From a virus: a stretch of DNA of 64,000 nt. The position numbers were made by a program, and so were the translations under genes. Location: positions 1 to 64,000 of the IMG/VR virus record IMGVR_UViG_3300034284_003265; one strand, given 5' to 3'. Position 1 is the first letter of the stretch. The number at the start of each line of letters is the position of its first letter. This document shows positions 1 to 8,910 of this stretch, one piece after another. Under the pieces are notes generated by a model that was given only the letters and a program-made list of their open reading frames with translations, was not told the DNA's origin and made no database searches.

Positions 1-309
1 ATGAAGCTACTGACCAAGGAACTGACCGCTAAACTCAACCGTGCTGGATATGCTGGTACCAAGCCGATCTGCAAGCTGTTTACGCCGTGGGGACGGGCTA
101 CCTGGCTGATCACTGGGATTGAGGATGGCATTCTGTATGGGTATGCCGATCTGGGTATGGGCTGTGTGGAATGGGGTGGTATTGAGTCTGTGGAGGGTCT
201 GGAGGCGATCCGTGGACCGTTTGGGATGCGGATTGAACGAGATCTGTATTGGGAGCCGGTGGAGGGTGAGGTTGAATATTGTGGGATGGAAAGTCTGATT
301 GGGGCTTGA
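1..309 (+). CDS. DUF2958-like small protein
   Basis: KLFTPWGRATWLIT...YGYADLGMGCVEWG resembles the DUF2958 family motif. Confidence 0.7.
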   Translation: MKLLTKELTAKLNRAGYAGTKPICKLFTPWGRATWLITGIEDGILYGYADLGMGCVEWGGIESVEGLEAIRGPFGMRIERDLYWEPVEGEVEYCGMESLIGA

Positions 310-343
310 CATTCGATAAAAAGCTGATAGACTAGTCTCCACA

Positions 344-607
344 ATGAAGAACGTCACGTTTACGCGAGTCAAGAATCAAAGTCTTCCCAATTTGTATAGT
401 GGTACAATTAATGGTGAGATTGTTGGGTTTATCTACAAGCCTACTGATACTAAGACTGACAAGAATGCTTGGCGTAGTTATGTTGGTGTTGGTGATAAGG
501 CTAAGTTTTTGTATCATACGTGGGATATGAATGATGCTATGGAGGCGGTTGAGTTAGCGGTTGATACGCAATATGCTGGTGATTGGCCTAGTAGTGTGGT
601 TAAGTAA
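344..607 (+). CDS. hypothetical early protein
   Basis: ORF directly behind a promoter. Confidence 0.75.
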   Translation: MKNVTFTRVKNQSLPNLYSGTINGEIVGFIYKPTDTKTDKNAWRSYVGVGDKAKFLYHTWDMNDAMEAVELAVDTQYAGDWPSSVVK

Positions 608-625
608 TAATAACTAAAATAATAT

Positions 626-826
626 ATGAAGGATTTGATTTTGACTGCGGTTGGATATACTATTGGTGTGTTGGTTGCTAATGGTATAGTTATGTGGGTG
701 TATAATAGTGTTGTACCTGATGTATTTGGGTTTAAGCCTATTGGGTATTGGCAGTTGTTTGGGTTGTATATGATTTGTCATTATTTGTTCAAACCCCATT
801 CGTATGCTAAGAACAAGAACAATTAA
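626..826 (+). CDS. small membrane protein
   Basis: two hydrophobic segments, FGFKPIGYWQLFGL motif. Confidence 0.7.
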   Translation: MKDLILTAVGYTIGVLVANGIVMWVYNSVVPDVFGFKPIGYWQLFGLYMICHYLFKPHSYAKNKNN

Positions 827-880
827 GTAGTTAAAAAAAGTGGTTGACATTTTAGAAAAAGCTGATAATCTATTTAAACA

Positions 881-1171
881 ATGAAGAACACGTTTCCCAC
901 TTTGGAAGAAATTCAAACGGCTCGTAATGTTGATGCTCCTCTTACGGCTCAACAGATGCTTGATAGGATTGCGGATAGTGTTCGTAATAGTATTAAACAG
1001 AATCCTCATAGTACATTTGTCAATGTGAAATTTCCTGAGTTTGCTTCTTGTAATAGTGACTACAATTTTAACTTATTGTGTAATGAAGTGTGTCACAATG
1101 TTCCGTCTCACTACGACTGTAAGTGGATTTGGACGACTAACACACTACTATTCACGATTCGTTGGAACTAA
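881..1171 (+). CDS. hypothetical early protein
   Basis: ORF behind a promoter. Confidence 0.7.
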   Translation: MKNTFPTLEEIQTARNVDAPLTAQQMLDRIADSVRNSIKQNPHSTFVNVKFPEFASCNSDYNFNLLCNEVCHNVPSHYDCKWIWTTNTLLFTIRWN

Positions 1172-1175
1172 CCGC

Positions 1176-1765
1176 TTGACATTTTAAAAAAAGCTGGTAA
1201 ACTAAAAGAGTAAATTAAATAAAACATATGGGATACACAACTGATTTTGAGGGTGGTTTTAATATTACGCCGAATCTTTCACAGAAGGACAATGAGTTTC
1301 TCACTAAGTTTCATAACACTCGACGGATGGCTCGTAGTGTTGGACCTGAGTATGGTGAGGAGGGTGAGTTTTATGTTGATGGCACTGGATGGGCTGGTCA
1401 AGATCATGATAAGAATGTGATTAATTACAATAGGCCTCCTGGTACACAACCTGGATTGTGGTGTCAATGGATTCCTACTGATGATGGTTGTGAGCTTATT
1501 TGGGATGGTGGAGAGAAGTTTTATAACTATGTGGAGTGGTTGGATTATTTGATTGATAAGATTCTGGCTCCCCGTGGTTATACACTCAATGGTGAGTGTC
1601 AGTGGTTTGGTGAGGAACGTGATGATGTTGGTGTTATTATTGTTAAAAACAATAAGGTGACGACCAAGGTTGGCAAGTTGACGTATGATTGATTAATCAA
1701 AAATACTTGTTGACATTTTAAAAAAAGCTGGTAAACTAAAAGAGTAAATTAAATAAAACATATGG
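1176..1765 (+). repeat. Identical 56-bp promoter/leader direct repeat (1176-1231 and 1710-1765)
   Basis: TTGACATTTTAAAAAAAGCTGGTAAACTAAAAGAGTAAATTAAATAAAACATATGG occurs twice. Confidence 0.95.
1228..1692 (+). CDS. conserved phage hypothetical protein
   Basis: MGYTTDFEG...QPGLWCQW...WDGGEKFYNYVEWL motif typical of phage early proteins. Confidence 0.8.
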   Translation: MGYTTDFEGGFNITPNLSQKDNEFLTKFHNTRRMARSVGPEYGEEGEFYVDGTGWAGQDHDKNVINYNRPPGTQPGLWCQWIPTDDGCELIWDGGEKFYNYVEWLDYLIDKILAPRGYTLNGECQWFGEERDDVGVIIVKNNKVTTKVGKLTYD

Positions 1766-2184
1766 CTACTCGTTCTAATATTGGTATTGTCAATGGTGAT
1801 GGTAGTGTTACTGGTATCTATTGTCATTGGGATGGTTATCCTGAGAACAATGGTAAGCTTCTGTTGAAGCACTACAATAATTCTGGTATTGTCAATGAGT
1901 TGATGGATTTGGGTTATCTGTCTAGTTTGAACAAGAATCTCTATTGTGAAGACAACAATCACTCTTTTAACAATCCGGCCGACGGAGTGTGTGTTGCTTT
2001 TGGTCGGGATCGTGGTGAGAAGAATGCTGATAGTAAGTCGTTCACCAATATCAGTGAGTTTGAGAAGTTTATGGATCGTACTACGGCGGACTATCAGTAT
2101 TTGTTTAACAATGGTAAGTGGCAGTACCGCAATTATGATAGTACTTGGAATGAATTGACCGCTCGTGTTTGTAAGTGTGATTAA
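1762..2184 (+). CDS. conserved phage hypothetical protein
   Basis: MATRSNIG...IYCHWDGYP motif. Confidence 0.8.
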   Translation: MATRSNIGIVNGDGSVTGIYCHWDGYPENNGKLLLKHYNNSGIVNELMDLGYLSSLNKNLYCEDNNHSFNNPADGVCVAFGRDRGEKNADSKSFTNISEFEKFMDRTTADYQYLFNNGKWQYRNYDSTWNELTARVCKCD

Positions 2185-2277
2185 CACAAAAGGTTGGGGG
2201 TGATCCTATGTAAAACCCTCAAACTTTTTCAAAAAAGCTGTTGACTTTCAGCCTGGTTGGTCTATACTGTTTCCACG

Positions 2278-2610
2278 ATGAAGATCAGCCCTCAAGTTAC
2301 CAACTACGTCAAGAACCAACTGTCCTCCAATCCCGCCTGGGTTCAACGAGCCATCGTGAAGCTCTGGCAACGTCAAACGGCTGATGAGCAGGCTAGCCAG
2401 AACACTGGTCACGACAACGGTGTGGGTTTCAATGGTACGGATGCTTTTATTCTTAGCTCGTTTGCAGAACAAATCAACAAGGGTAGAACTCTTAGTCCTA
2501 AGCAATTGACTATTGCATTCAAGAAACTTCCCAAGTATAGTCGTCAGATTATCAGTGAGATACCCGCTGATAAACTGAGTGAGATTGAGAAGAAAGCGGT
2601 TGTAGCTTGA
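2278..2610 (+). CDS. hypothetical early protein
   Basis: Start moved to ATG 2278, 9 nt after the -10 box (ccacgATG); QTADEQ...NGVGFNGTDA motif. Confidence 0.8.
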   Translation: MKISPQVTNYVKNQLSSNPAWVQRAIVKLWQRQTADEQASQNTGHDNGVGFNGTDAFILSSFAEQINKGRTLSPKQLTIAFKKLPKYSRQIISEIPADKLSEIEKKAVVA

Positions 2611-2643
2611 CAAATGGGTGTGGTATAGCTTATAATATAATAT

Positions 2644-2850
2644 ATGAATACTGATTTAACGCAGCTTTTTAAGACTATTACAGAGAGTGTTCCCCATTAT
2701 TTGATGTTTATGGGGTTAGTGTTTCTTGCTTACACTCTCACTATTGCTACTATCAAAGTGATTAGTGATAATGTGGTTAAAGTGGTATTGGCTGCTCGTG
2801 CTCCGGTTGCCTTCAAGATTAAGGATGGCAGCGATGATGAAAATACCTAA
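2644..2850 (+). CDS. small membrane protein
   Basis: single hydrophobic helix. Confidence 0.65.
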   Translation: MNTDLTQLFKTITESVPHYLMFMGLVFLAYTLTIATIKVISDNVVKVVLAARAPVAFKIKDGSDDENT

Positions 2851-2897
2851 AAATAGGTGTTGACGTTTGACTTGGGTCGTGATAATCTATTTACACA

Positions 2898-4256
2898 ATG
2901 AACGTTGAACTTCTACTTCCTCCCCAACGGGAGCACGCTGTTAATATGCTTAACAGTTTGTATATCAATGGTGTTGCTTGTGATCAGAGTGAGACTGGTA
3001 CTGGCAAGACTTATGTGGCTGCTTGGATTGCTAAGAATCTTAATAGTCCTGTGGTTATTGTGTGTCCCAAGGTAGTTATTCCTAGTTGGACCAAGGTACT
3101 TAGCCATTTTGGTATTAAGGCTCATTGTTTGATTAACTATGAGAAATTGATTCGGGGTAACACTGAACATTTATCATTTAAAGATGGTAAGGATAATAGT
3201 GCTAGTGATTATATTATTAACTTCCCCAAGAATAGTTTGGTTATTCTGGATGAAGTACATAAGTGTAAGTCTAGTACCAGCAAGAACAGTGATTTTCTCA
3301 TTAAGTTGAAGATGGATGGTTATAAGTCATTGTTGCTTAGTGCTACTGCTGCTACCAATCCATTGGAGATGAAAGCGTTTGGTTTTGCTACTACTCTTCA
3401 CAATCTCACTAGCTATCGTCAGTTTATCACTGATAGTGGTGCTTATGTTGGTCGATATGGTGGATTTCAGATTGATCTACAGAGTCAAAAGACTGTAGAG
3501 GCTATGTCTAACATTCACGATAAGCTGTTTAATCTGTATAAGGTTAGTAGCCGTATGACCCGAAAGATGTTTGATAAGATCTTTCCTGACAACCACGTGA
3601 TGGCTGAATGTTTTGATATGGGTAGTAATACCGATAAGATCAATCGGGTTTATCAACAGATGGAATCTGAATTGGCTGCTTTGGAGGAATCCAGTGTCAA
3701 TTATAGTCAACATCATTTTGCTATTATGACCAAGGCTCGTCGTATGGCTGAATTGTTGAAGGTACCCACTATGGTTGAAATGATTGAGGATTGGTATGAT
3801 GAGGGTATTAGTCCTGTTGTGTTTGTTAACTTCACTGACACTGTTGAGGCTATTGAGAAACAATTGGCTAAGAACCGGAAGTTTGATGGTAAGATTGCTA
3901 GGATTGTTGGGGGACAATCTGATAAGGTTCGACAGAAGGACATTGAATTGTTTCAGAGTGATGACAAACGAATTATGATTGCTAATTTGGCTGCTGGCAA
4001 TGCTGGTGTTAGTTTACACGATTTGATTGGTAATTTTGCTCGTGGTAGTATTATCAGTCCTAGTTACAGTGCTATTAATCTGTTACAGGCACTTGGTCGT
4101 ATTCATCGTGCTGAGGGTAAGACTAAGTGTATACAGAAAGTTATGTTTGCTGCTGGTACCATTGAGGAAGATGCTTGTAAACGTGTACAGTCTAAGCTTA
4201 ATAACTTGGAATGTCTTAATGATGGTGATTTGACTTATAGTGTTCGTATTGCTTAA
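2898..4256 (+). CDS. superfamily 2 (SNF2-like) DNA helicase
   Basis: Walker A ETGTGKT, DEVH, LSAT, motif VI QALGRIHR. Confidence 0.9.
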   Translation: MNVELLLPPQREHAVNMLNSLYINGVACDQSETGTGKTYVAAWIAKNLNSPVVIVCPKVVIPSWTKVLSHFGIKAHCLINYEKLIRGNTEHLSFKDGKDNSASDYIINFPKNSLVILDEVHKCKSSTSKNSDFLIKLKMDGYKSLLLSATAATNPLEMKAFGFATTLHNLTSYRQFITDSGAYVGRYGGFQIDLQSQKTVEAMSNIHDKLFNLYKVSSRMTRKMFDKIFPDNHVMAECFDMGSNTDKINRVYQQMESELAALEESSVNYSQHHFAIMTKARRMAELLKVPTMVEMIEDWYDEGISPVVFVNFTDTVEAIEKQLAKNRKFDGKIARIVGGQSDKVRQKDIELFQSDDKRIMIANLAAGNAGVSLHDLIGNFARGSIISPSYSAINLLQALGRIHRAEGKTKCIQKVMFAAGTIEEDACKRVQSKLNNLECLNDGDLTYSVRIA

Positions 4257-4267
4257 TTTATAAATAT

Positions 4268-4540
4268 ATGACTAAAGTACTTGCGGTTAAGTATCCATCT
4301 AGTGTGGATCGTGTTCGACAGAGTTTTGATCATTTGCGTCAGGTGTTTGATGTACCTGATGTATCTACGATCAAGGATATGTTTGGGTCATTGTTGTTTA
4401 ATGACAGTGCGTTGTACCGATACAATTATTGTTTGGTAAGGTTTGATAATAAGATGTATGTGATTGAACCGGTGGATTTGGCTAAGTGTACATATGTGAG
4501 AAAGCAAGTGGAGTATCATCCGTTGCAGCATATGATTTGA
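4268..4540 (+). CDS. hypothetical protein
   Basis: ORF following the helicase. Confidence 0.6.
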   Translation: MTKVLAVKYPSSVDRVRQSFDHLRQVFDVPDVSTIKDMFGSLLFNDSALYRYNYCLVRFDNKMYVIEPVDLAKCTYVRKQVEYHPLQHMI

Positions 4541-4744
4541 TCTTCCCCGGTGTTTATACAGTTTCATCGGGTTCTACAACAAACAAAAAGCTATTGGTTG
4601 GTGTTCATTGTATTGAGGCTGGAGGAGCAATCTTCCAGCCTCTTTGGTTGCGCCCAGAGGCTGCTAGGTTGACGTTTGATGAAGAGGCTGCAGCGTAGAT
4701 ATGGTCCGGAAATCAAAGAGGCCTATAACCGAATCTCTAACGCT

Positions 4745-4802
4745 AACGTTATAACGTAATTTGGGTAGCTCCTGGTCCCCTACCCTGGCTGTGAGCCGAT
4801 CT
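4745..4802 (-). ncRNA. putative small RNA, copy A (homologous to 12510-12566)
   Basis: minus strand reads GATCGGCTCACAGCCAGGGTAGGGGACCAGGAGCTACCCAAATTACGTTA behind a TAAGAT -10 box. Confidence 0.5.
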
Positions 4803-4919
4803 TGTAAATATCTTATCAGGGTTGGCGGCGACCACAAGCTAAAAGTGGCGAAAAAATGTGGAAAAAAGTTGAAGAAAGTGCTTGAGGTTTGGCGCGGGGT
4901 GGTGTAGGATATATCCACA

Positions 4920-5135
4920 ATGAACATTGAATCTTCTATGAAAGTTAAAGTTACTGGTATTGTGTACGATACTGATATTGATGATGATAGTTCTCAATTT
5001 GTGCTTAATTCGGATTTGCCTAGTGAGATGATTGTGGAGGTTGATGGTATTATTGATGTTGAGAGTGAGATTGCTGATGCTATCAGTGATAAAACTGGAT
5101 GGTGTGTACAGGGTTTTAACTACGAGATTCTCTAA
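4920..5135 (+). CDS. small acidic hypothetical protein
   Basis: behind a promoter; DAISDKTGWCV motif. Confidence 0.75.
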   Translation: MNIESSMKVKVTGIVYDTDIDDDSSQFVLNSDLPSEMIVEVDGIIDVESEIADAISDKTGWCVQGFNYEIL

Positions 5136-5182
5136 AAAAAGTTGTTGACGTTTTAAAAAAAGCTGATAGGATATTACCCACG

Positions 5183-5413
5183 ATGAAGAATATGACGTTT
5201 GAAGAGATTCAGTCCAAGATTCAGAATCTTCTTAAATTGGCTGGTGTGAAAGTTGGTACTAAGAAAGCTAATGAGTTTGAGCACGTGTATGTATATGCAC
5301 TTCGTGATGCTGGAGTGACTATTCCAGCAGCTGTTGATGTGATGTTGTTGAGTGGACGTAGTGTGGCTGGATACAAGCCTAGTAACATTGGCAAGCGGGT
5401 TCAACTTCCCTAA
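5183..5413 (+). CDS. hypothetical early protein
   Basis: behind a promoter. Confidence 0.75.
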   Translation: MKNMTFEEIQSKIQNLLKLAGVKVGTKKANEFEHVYVYALRDAGVTIPAAVDVMLLSGRSVAGYKPSNIGKRVQLP

Positions 5414-5446
5414 AAAAGTTGGTAAACTCTTAAAATAAATAAAATT

Positions 5447-5758
5447 ATGAATACCGGCAAGATTAACAACATTTTGGCTTTGTTTGACAATTATCGTGTG
5501 TGTATTCCTAATGAGGATGCTATTGCTACTATTGTGAGCAAGAGTGATGTGGTTGGTGAATTTGATAATGAGGTATTGTATTTGGGTTGGGAGAGTGAGG
5601 ATGGTGATGAGTATTGTGTTAAGTTTAGTGAGGATGGATTGAATGGTGCTTTTGTTAGTAATGGAATGTTGGTGATGAAAGATATTGAGGGTGATGATAT
5701 TGAGATTGAGTTTCAGGAGATTAAGATGCATTATTTGGTGAGTGAAGAACTTGATTGA
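5447..5758 (+). CDS. acidic hypothetical protein
   Basis: ORF with codon usage like its neighbours. Confidence 0.7.
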   Translation: MNTGKINNILALFDNYRVCIPNEDAIATIVSKSDVVGEFDNEVLYLGWESEDGDEYCVKFSEDGLNGAFVSNGMLVMKDIEGDDIEIEFQEIKMHYLVSEELD

Positions 5759-5768
5759 ATAATAAAAA

Positions 5769-5939
5769 ATGAAAATTAATCGTGAAGAACTTGTTATCGG
5801 ATATATCGCTACTTTGGTTGCGGGTGTTTTATTTGCGCTCGGTCCAATTGGAAATGATCAAACAAAAGAAATGGCTTTGTTCTTTTTTAAACTGAGCGTT
5901 ATTCTGTTTGTTATCTTTAGGGTAACAAAAGAAAAATAG
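5769..5939 (+). CDS. small membrane protein (56 aa, not in ORF track)
   Basis: MKINREELVIGYIATLVAGVLFALGP... with two hydrophobic segments. Confidence 0.55.
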   Translation: MKINREELVIGYIATLVAGVLFALGPIGNDQTKEMALFFFKLSVILFVIFRVTKEK

Positions 5940-6175
5940 AAAAACTAAATTATTTCCACGATGAAATCTGAATCTGTTGTAATTTACCGATCTCAATTTG
6001 AAGCTGATGCTGATGCTTTTTGGCACGATAATCCTCAATATGTTATTTACTTTTTCGCTGCAATTCTAGGATTATTTCTCATTATGATGATTTACAAGAA
6101 ATTTCAGGAGAAGAATCGGAAATTTTGAAAAAAGCTGTTGACTTCTGGGTTGGTTGGTGGTAAAGTATTCCCACA

Positions 6176-6337
6176 ATGAATGAAGAACTTGTCACTTACG
6201 AGGTTGAACTGGATAGTCCCGACTTTTTTGTCAGTTTTCAAGCTGAAAAGGGTTTGAGTTTGGAGCAAATTGAGTTTCTTGCTATTCAAGAAATGACCCG
6301 AAACACTAGGGTTTGGAATGTCAAGATTGTTGAGTAA
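6176..6337 (+). CDS. small hypothetical protein (53 aa, not in ORF track)
   Basis: ccacaATG 9 nt after -10 TAAAGT. Confidence 0.7.
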   Translation: MNEELVTYEVELDSPDFFVSFQAEKGLSLEQIEFLAIQEMTRNTRVWNVKIVE

Positions 6338-6388
6338 TTAAAAAAAGCTGTTGACTTCCCCGAGGAATTCCTGTAAAGTATTTGAACA

Positions 6389-6694
6389 ATGAAACGCACT
6401 CTTTATTTTCTCCGAGATAGTGTTAGTGGTAGTTATTATAATGGTAATCTTCCAGATGGTCCCAAAAAAGACGAAGGGTTTGTTGAATTTGATTGTGCTC
6501 CTATCTTCGTTAATGAGAAGAATGTGAAAACGAAGCTCAAATATCTTGTTGAAAAATGGGTGTGGGCAGAGGGTTGTTTGCCTGTTTGGAAGAAAGAAAA
6601 GCGTTGTGTTGGTATGGATAAGATGGTGAAACAACGCAAAGACTTGCCTAACTGGGGTATTGAAATTGTGACGGTTGAACTTAGTGTAAAGTAA
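6389..6694 (+). CDS. hypothetical early protein
   Basis: behind a promoter. Confidence 0.75.
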   Translation: MKRTLYFLRDSVSGSYYNGNLPDGPKKDEGFVEFDCAPIFVNEKNVKTKLKYLVEKWVWAEGCLPVWKKEKRCVGMDKMVKQRKDLPNWGIEIVTVELSVK

Positions 6695-6703
6695 ATAAAA
6701 TCT

Positions 6704-6898
6704 ATGAATACGACTATTAGGTTTAATTTGATTAATAAGGTTGCTTCGTATGCATACAACGGATATTATGATACACAAGAATTGATGTGGGTTATTGGTA
6801 TGTTAAGTGATGTAAGAAATAGTGATGATATGCTTATCACTGAAATTGAAAAGGTAAAGAACCAATTCCCAGAGTTTGTTGAAATGTTGACTTTTTAA
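6704..6898 (+). CDS. hypothetical protein
   Basis: ORF in tandem. Confidence 0.6.
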   Translation: MNTTIRFNLINKVASYAYNGYYDTQELMWVIGMLSDVRNSDDMLITEIEKVKNQFPEFVEMLTF

Positions 6899-6955
6899 AA
6901 AATTTAAAAAAAGCTGTTGACTTCCCCCACGGAAAACCTGTAAAGTATTCTCACA

Positions 6956-7138
6956 ATGAACAAAGATAAATTCACTTGTCTAGTCTGTAAAAAACAGCTT
7001 AGTTTCAATTATGAATCAACTGTTGTTCGTAAGGCAATCAAGCCGCCGAGACAACCTCATCGTTGGATTGAATTGGGTTGCGTACACGAAGAGTGTGAAC
7101 ATTTGATTGAATTGGAACAAGATTTTTGGAAAAAGTAA
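6956..7138 (+). CDS. small putative zinc-binding protein
   Basis: CxxC...HxxC; behind a promoter. Confidence 0.65.
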   Translation: MNKDKFTCLVCKKQLSFNYESTVVRKAIKPPRQPHRWIELGCVHEECEHLIELEQDFWKK

Positions 7139-7184
7139 AAAAGCTGTTGACTTCCCCGAAGAAATCCTGTAGGATATATCCACG

Positions 7185-7373
7185 ATGAAAGAACAACCAC
7201 ACAACCCTTACGATTATCCAAACGATTATTTGAATCAATATGGAATTACTGACTCAGATGGTTTCAGGAAGTCTCAAAAAAGAAATCAAGATATCTATGA
7301 AAAAGTGTTGTTAACGGCTTACCAAAATTTGACGGGTTCAAATAAGACGAATAAAATCAAGAAAAAGGGTTGA
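7185..7373 (+). CDS. hypothetical early protein
   Basis: behind a promoter. Confidence 0.65.
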   Translation: MKEQPHNPYDYPNDYLNQYGITDSDGFRKSQKRNQDIYEKVLLTAYQNLTGSNKTNKIKKKG

Positions 7374-7407
7374 TTTCTGGGGTGATCTGGTGTAAGATAT
7401 ATCCACA

Positions 7408-7590
7408 ATGAAACTGATTGATGTTGATAACGCCGAGGTTGAAGTGGAAGATAGTTGGCAAGAGGAATGTCCCCAATGTGGTGACACGAATGTGGAATGT
7501 TTCTATGTGCCAAACTGGGCTGCAACTCGTTGTTATGACTGCCTGATTAACGAAGCGATCAAGTTTCATTATCGGGTTGAAGAAAAGTAA
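7408..7590 (+). CDS. small zinc-ribbon protein
   Basis: CPQCG...CYDC; behind a promoter. Confidence 0.7.
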   Translation: MKLIDVDNAEVEVEDSWQEECPQCGDTNVECFYVPNWAATRCYDCLINEAIKFHYRVEEK

Positions 7591-7636
7591 AAAAAGCGGT
7601 TGACTTTTTCGGGTGGGTAGGGTAAGATATTTTCAA

Positions 7637-7730
7637 GGTTGGTTGATAGTCTCCCCAGCAGAACATTTGGGAGTGTGAAGCGGTTGAAGAAACATTAGAA
7701 ATCTGTCCAGCTCACTATCAATCAACCCCA
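7637..7730 (+). ncRNA. stem-closed small RNA 1 ending in CCA
   Basis: own promoter; GGTTGGTTGATAGT pairs with ACTATCAATCAACC, followed by CCA. Confidence 0.65.
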
Positions 7731-7785
7731 AAGATTTTCTAAAAAGCGGTTGACTTTTCGGGGTGGGTAGGGTAAAGTATTTTCA

Positions 7786-7881
7786 GAGTTGAGGGGGTTG
7801 TAACGAAGAGGACTCCAAAAGACCTTGTGAAACATCAAGAGTTCCTATGGATCAAAGTCCAAGAGTAGTTCCTCTCAATTC
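7786..7881 (+). ncRNA. stem-closed small RNA 2
   Basis: own promoter; 12-bp terminal stem GAGTTGAGGGGG/TCCTCTCAATTC. Confidence 0.6.
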
Positions 7882-7935
7882 AAGATTTTAGAAAAAGTTC
7901 TTTACAAGTCAGAGAAATCTGATAAGATATTTTCA

Positions 7936-8175
7936 GTTGATGGGACCGGAAGGAATACGACTGGCAACCCTGAAACTAAAAGATTGACGATTAAGTTCAC
8001 CCGGTTTTCATCCGGGAAACCAAGAAATAGAGGGCAGTGGGTTACGATTCACTGATAAATACTTGGATGTCAATCTAGTTAGTGGAAAATAACCGGAACT
8101 AATGTGCCGGACCTCCACCGGGAAACAACGGGATCCTGAGGAGGTGAGATACGTAATCATCGTGTATCCATTAAC
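7936..8175 (+). ncRNA. stem-closed structured RNA 3 (about 240 nt)
   Basis: own promoter; GTTGATGGG/TCCATTAAC terminal stem; internal helices such as AGATTGAC/GTCAATCT and CCCGG/CCGGG. Confidence 0.6.
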
Positions 8176-8179
8176 AAAT

Positions 8180-8300
8180 TTGTTAGTTATAGATGGTATT
8201 ATATGAGTAGACGGAGAATGATGCTGATGTTACCGTCAGTAATCGACCAGTAGGGGTATAATACAGGCAGTTAAATGCGGTCATCGAAGCTAACAAACCA
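8180..8300 (+). ncRNA. stem-closed RNA 4 ending in ACCA
   Basis: TTGTTAGTT/AGCTAACAA + ACCA + ATTTT. Confidence 0.6.
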
Positions 8301-8308
8301 ATTTTATA

Positions 8309-8400
8309 ATTTGATTGAATATCTGATATTAGCTTAAGTAGAGCCGTCTGTTGAGTCAGCGAGGTGTAGTATCAAATCTACATATCAGTAAAAGTCAAAT
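8309..8400 (+). ncRNA. degenerate tRNA-like RNA inside an extra stem
   Basis: CTGATAT/ATATCAG acceptor-like stem, TAGCTTAAGTAGAGC D-arm, GTAG..CTAC T-like arm; no normal anticodon loop. Confidence 0.55.
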
Positions 8401-8474
8401 TGGTTGATGAGGTTCTAGACCAATCCAACATCTATAAAGCAGAGAAATTTGGGACTCTGCCATCAACCAAACCA
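8400..8474 (+). ncRNA. stem-closed RNA 6 ending in ACCA
   Basis: TTGGTTGATG/CATCAACCAA + ACCA + ATTTTT. Confidence 0.6.
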
Positions 8475-8482
8475 ATTTTTAT

Positions 8483-8617
8483 GCCAAGGAGAGTGCGAGT
8501 AATACGCCTCCAATCATCTGTAATAACCAATGGATGAATAGGGATAGAACACAGGACACCGGAATGGTTATCGGATCAACCTGTTGTAGATGGATAACGA
8601 ACCATCCTTTGGCTCCA
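8483..8617 (+). ncRNA. RNA 7 with 7-bp acceptor-like stem and TCCA end
   Basis: GCCAAGG/CTTTGGC + TCCA + ATTTTTT. Confidence 0.6.
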
Positions 8618-8622
8618 ATTTT

Positions 8623-8709
8623 TTGAGTAATATATACAGGCGGTCATTCTAAACTGATCTGATCAATTAGTGGTGAATGAGAGGTTCAAATCCTCTGTAT
8701 GTTATTCAA
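8623..8709 (+). ncRNA. tRNA-like RNA with long closing stem
   Basis: T-arm AGAGG-TTCAAAT-CCTCT; TTGAGTAATATA/TATGTTATTCAA stem. Confidence 0.55.
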
Positions 8710-8730
8710 TAGCAAGTAACAGATAGACTA

Positions 8731-8796
8731 TAGGTGTAGCATTCGGGCAATGCGCCGGTAATTACAGGAGACTAGGTTCAATTCCTAGACACTTAC
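8731..8796 (+). ncRNA. tRNA-like cloverleaf without a canonical anticodon loop or CCA
   Basis: TAGGTGT/ACACTTA, GCATT/AATGC, CTAGG-TTCAATT-CCTAG. Confidence 0.55.
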
Positions 8797-8910
8797 AACG
8801 AGGAACATACGGGTAATTTTAATTAATCATTCGGTGAAATCCTGAAAACTTGTTATTTTTTCACTTTTTCCGTTGACTTTTCCCAATCCGTGGGGTATAG
8901 TATTTCCACG

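Noticed and set aside
4486-4698. 70-aa ORF
   Set aside because: Non-ATG start, overlaps the upstream gene, no promoter; more likely non-coding.
7936-8175. RNase P RNA, SRP RNA or group I intron identity for the 240-nt RNA
   Set aside because: No GAGGAAAGUCC, SRP domain IV or P7 core motifs recognisable by eye.
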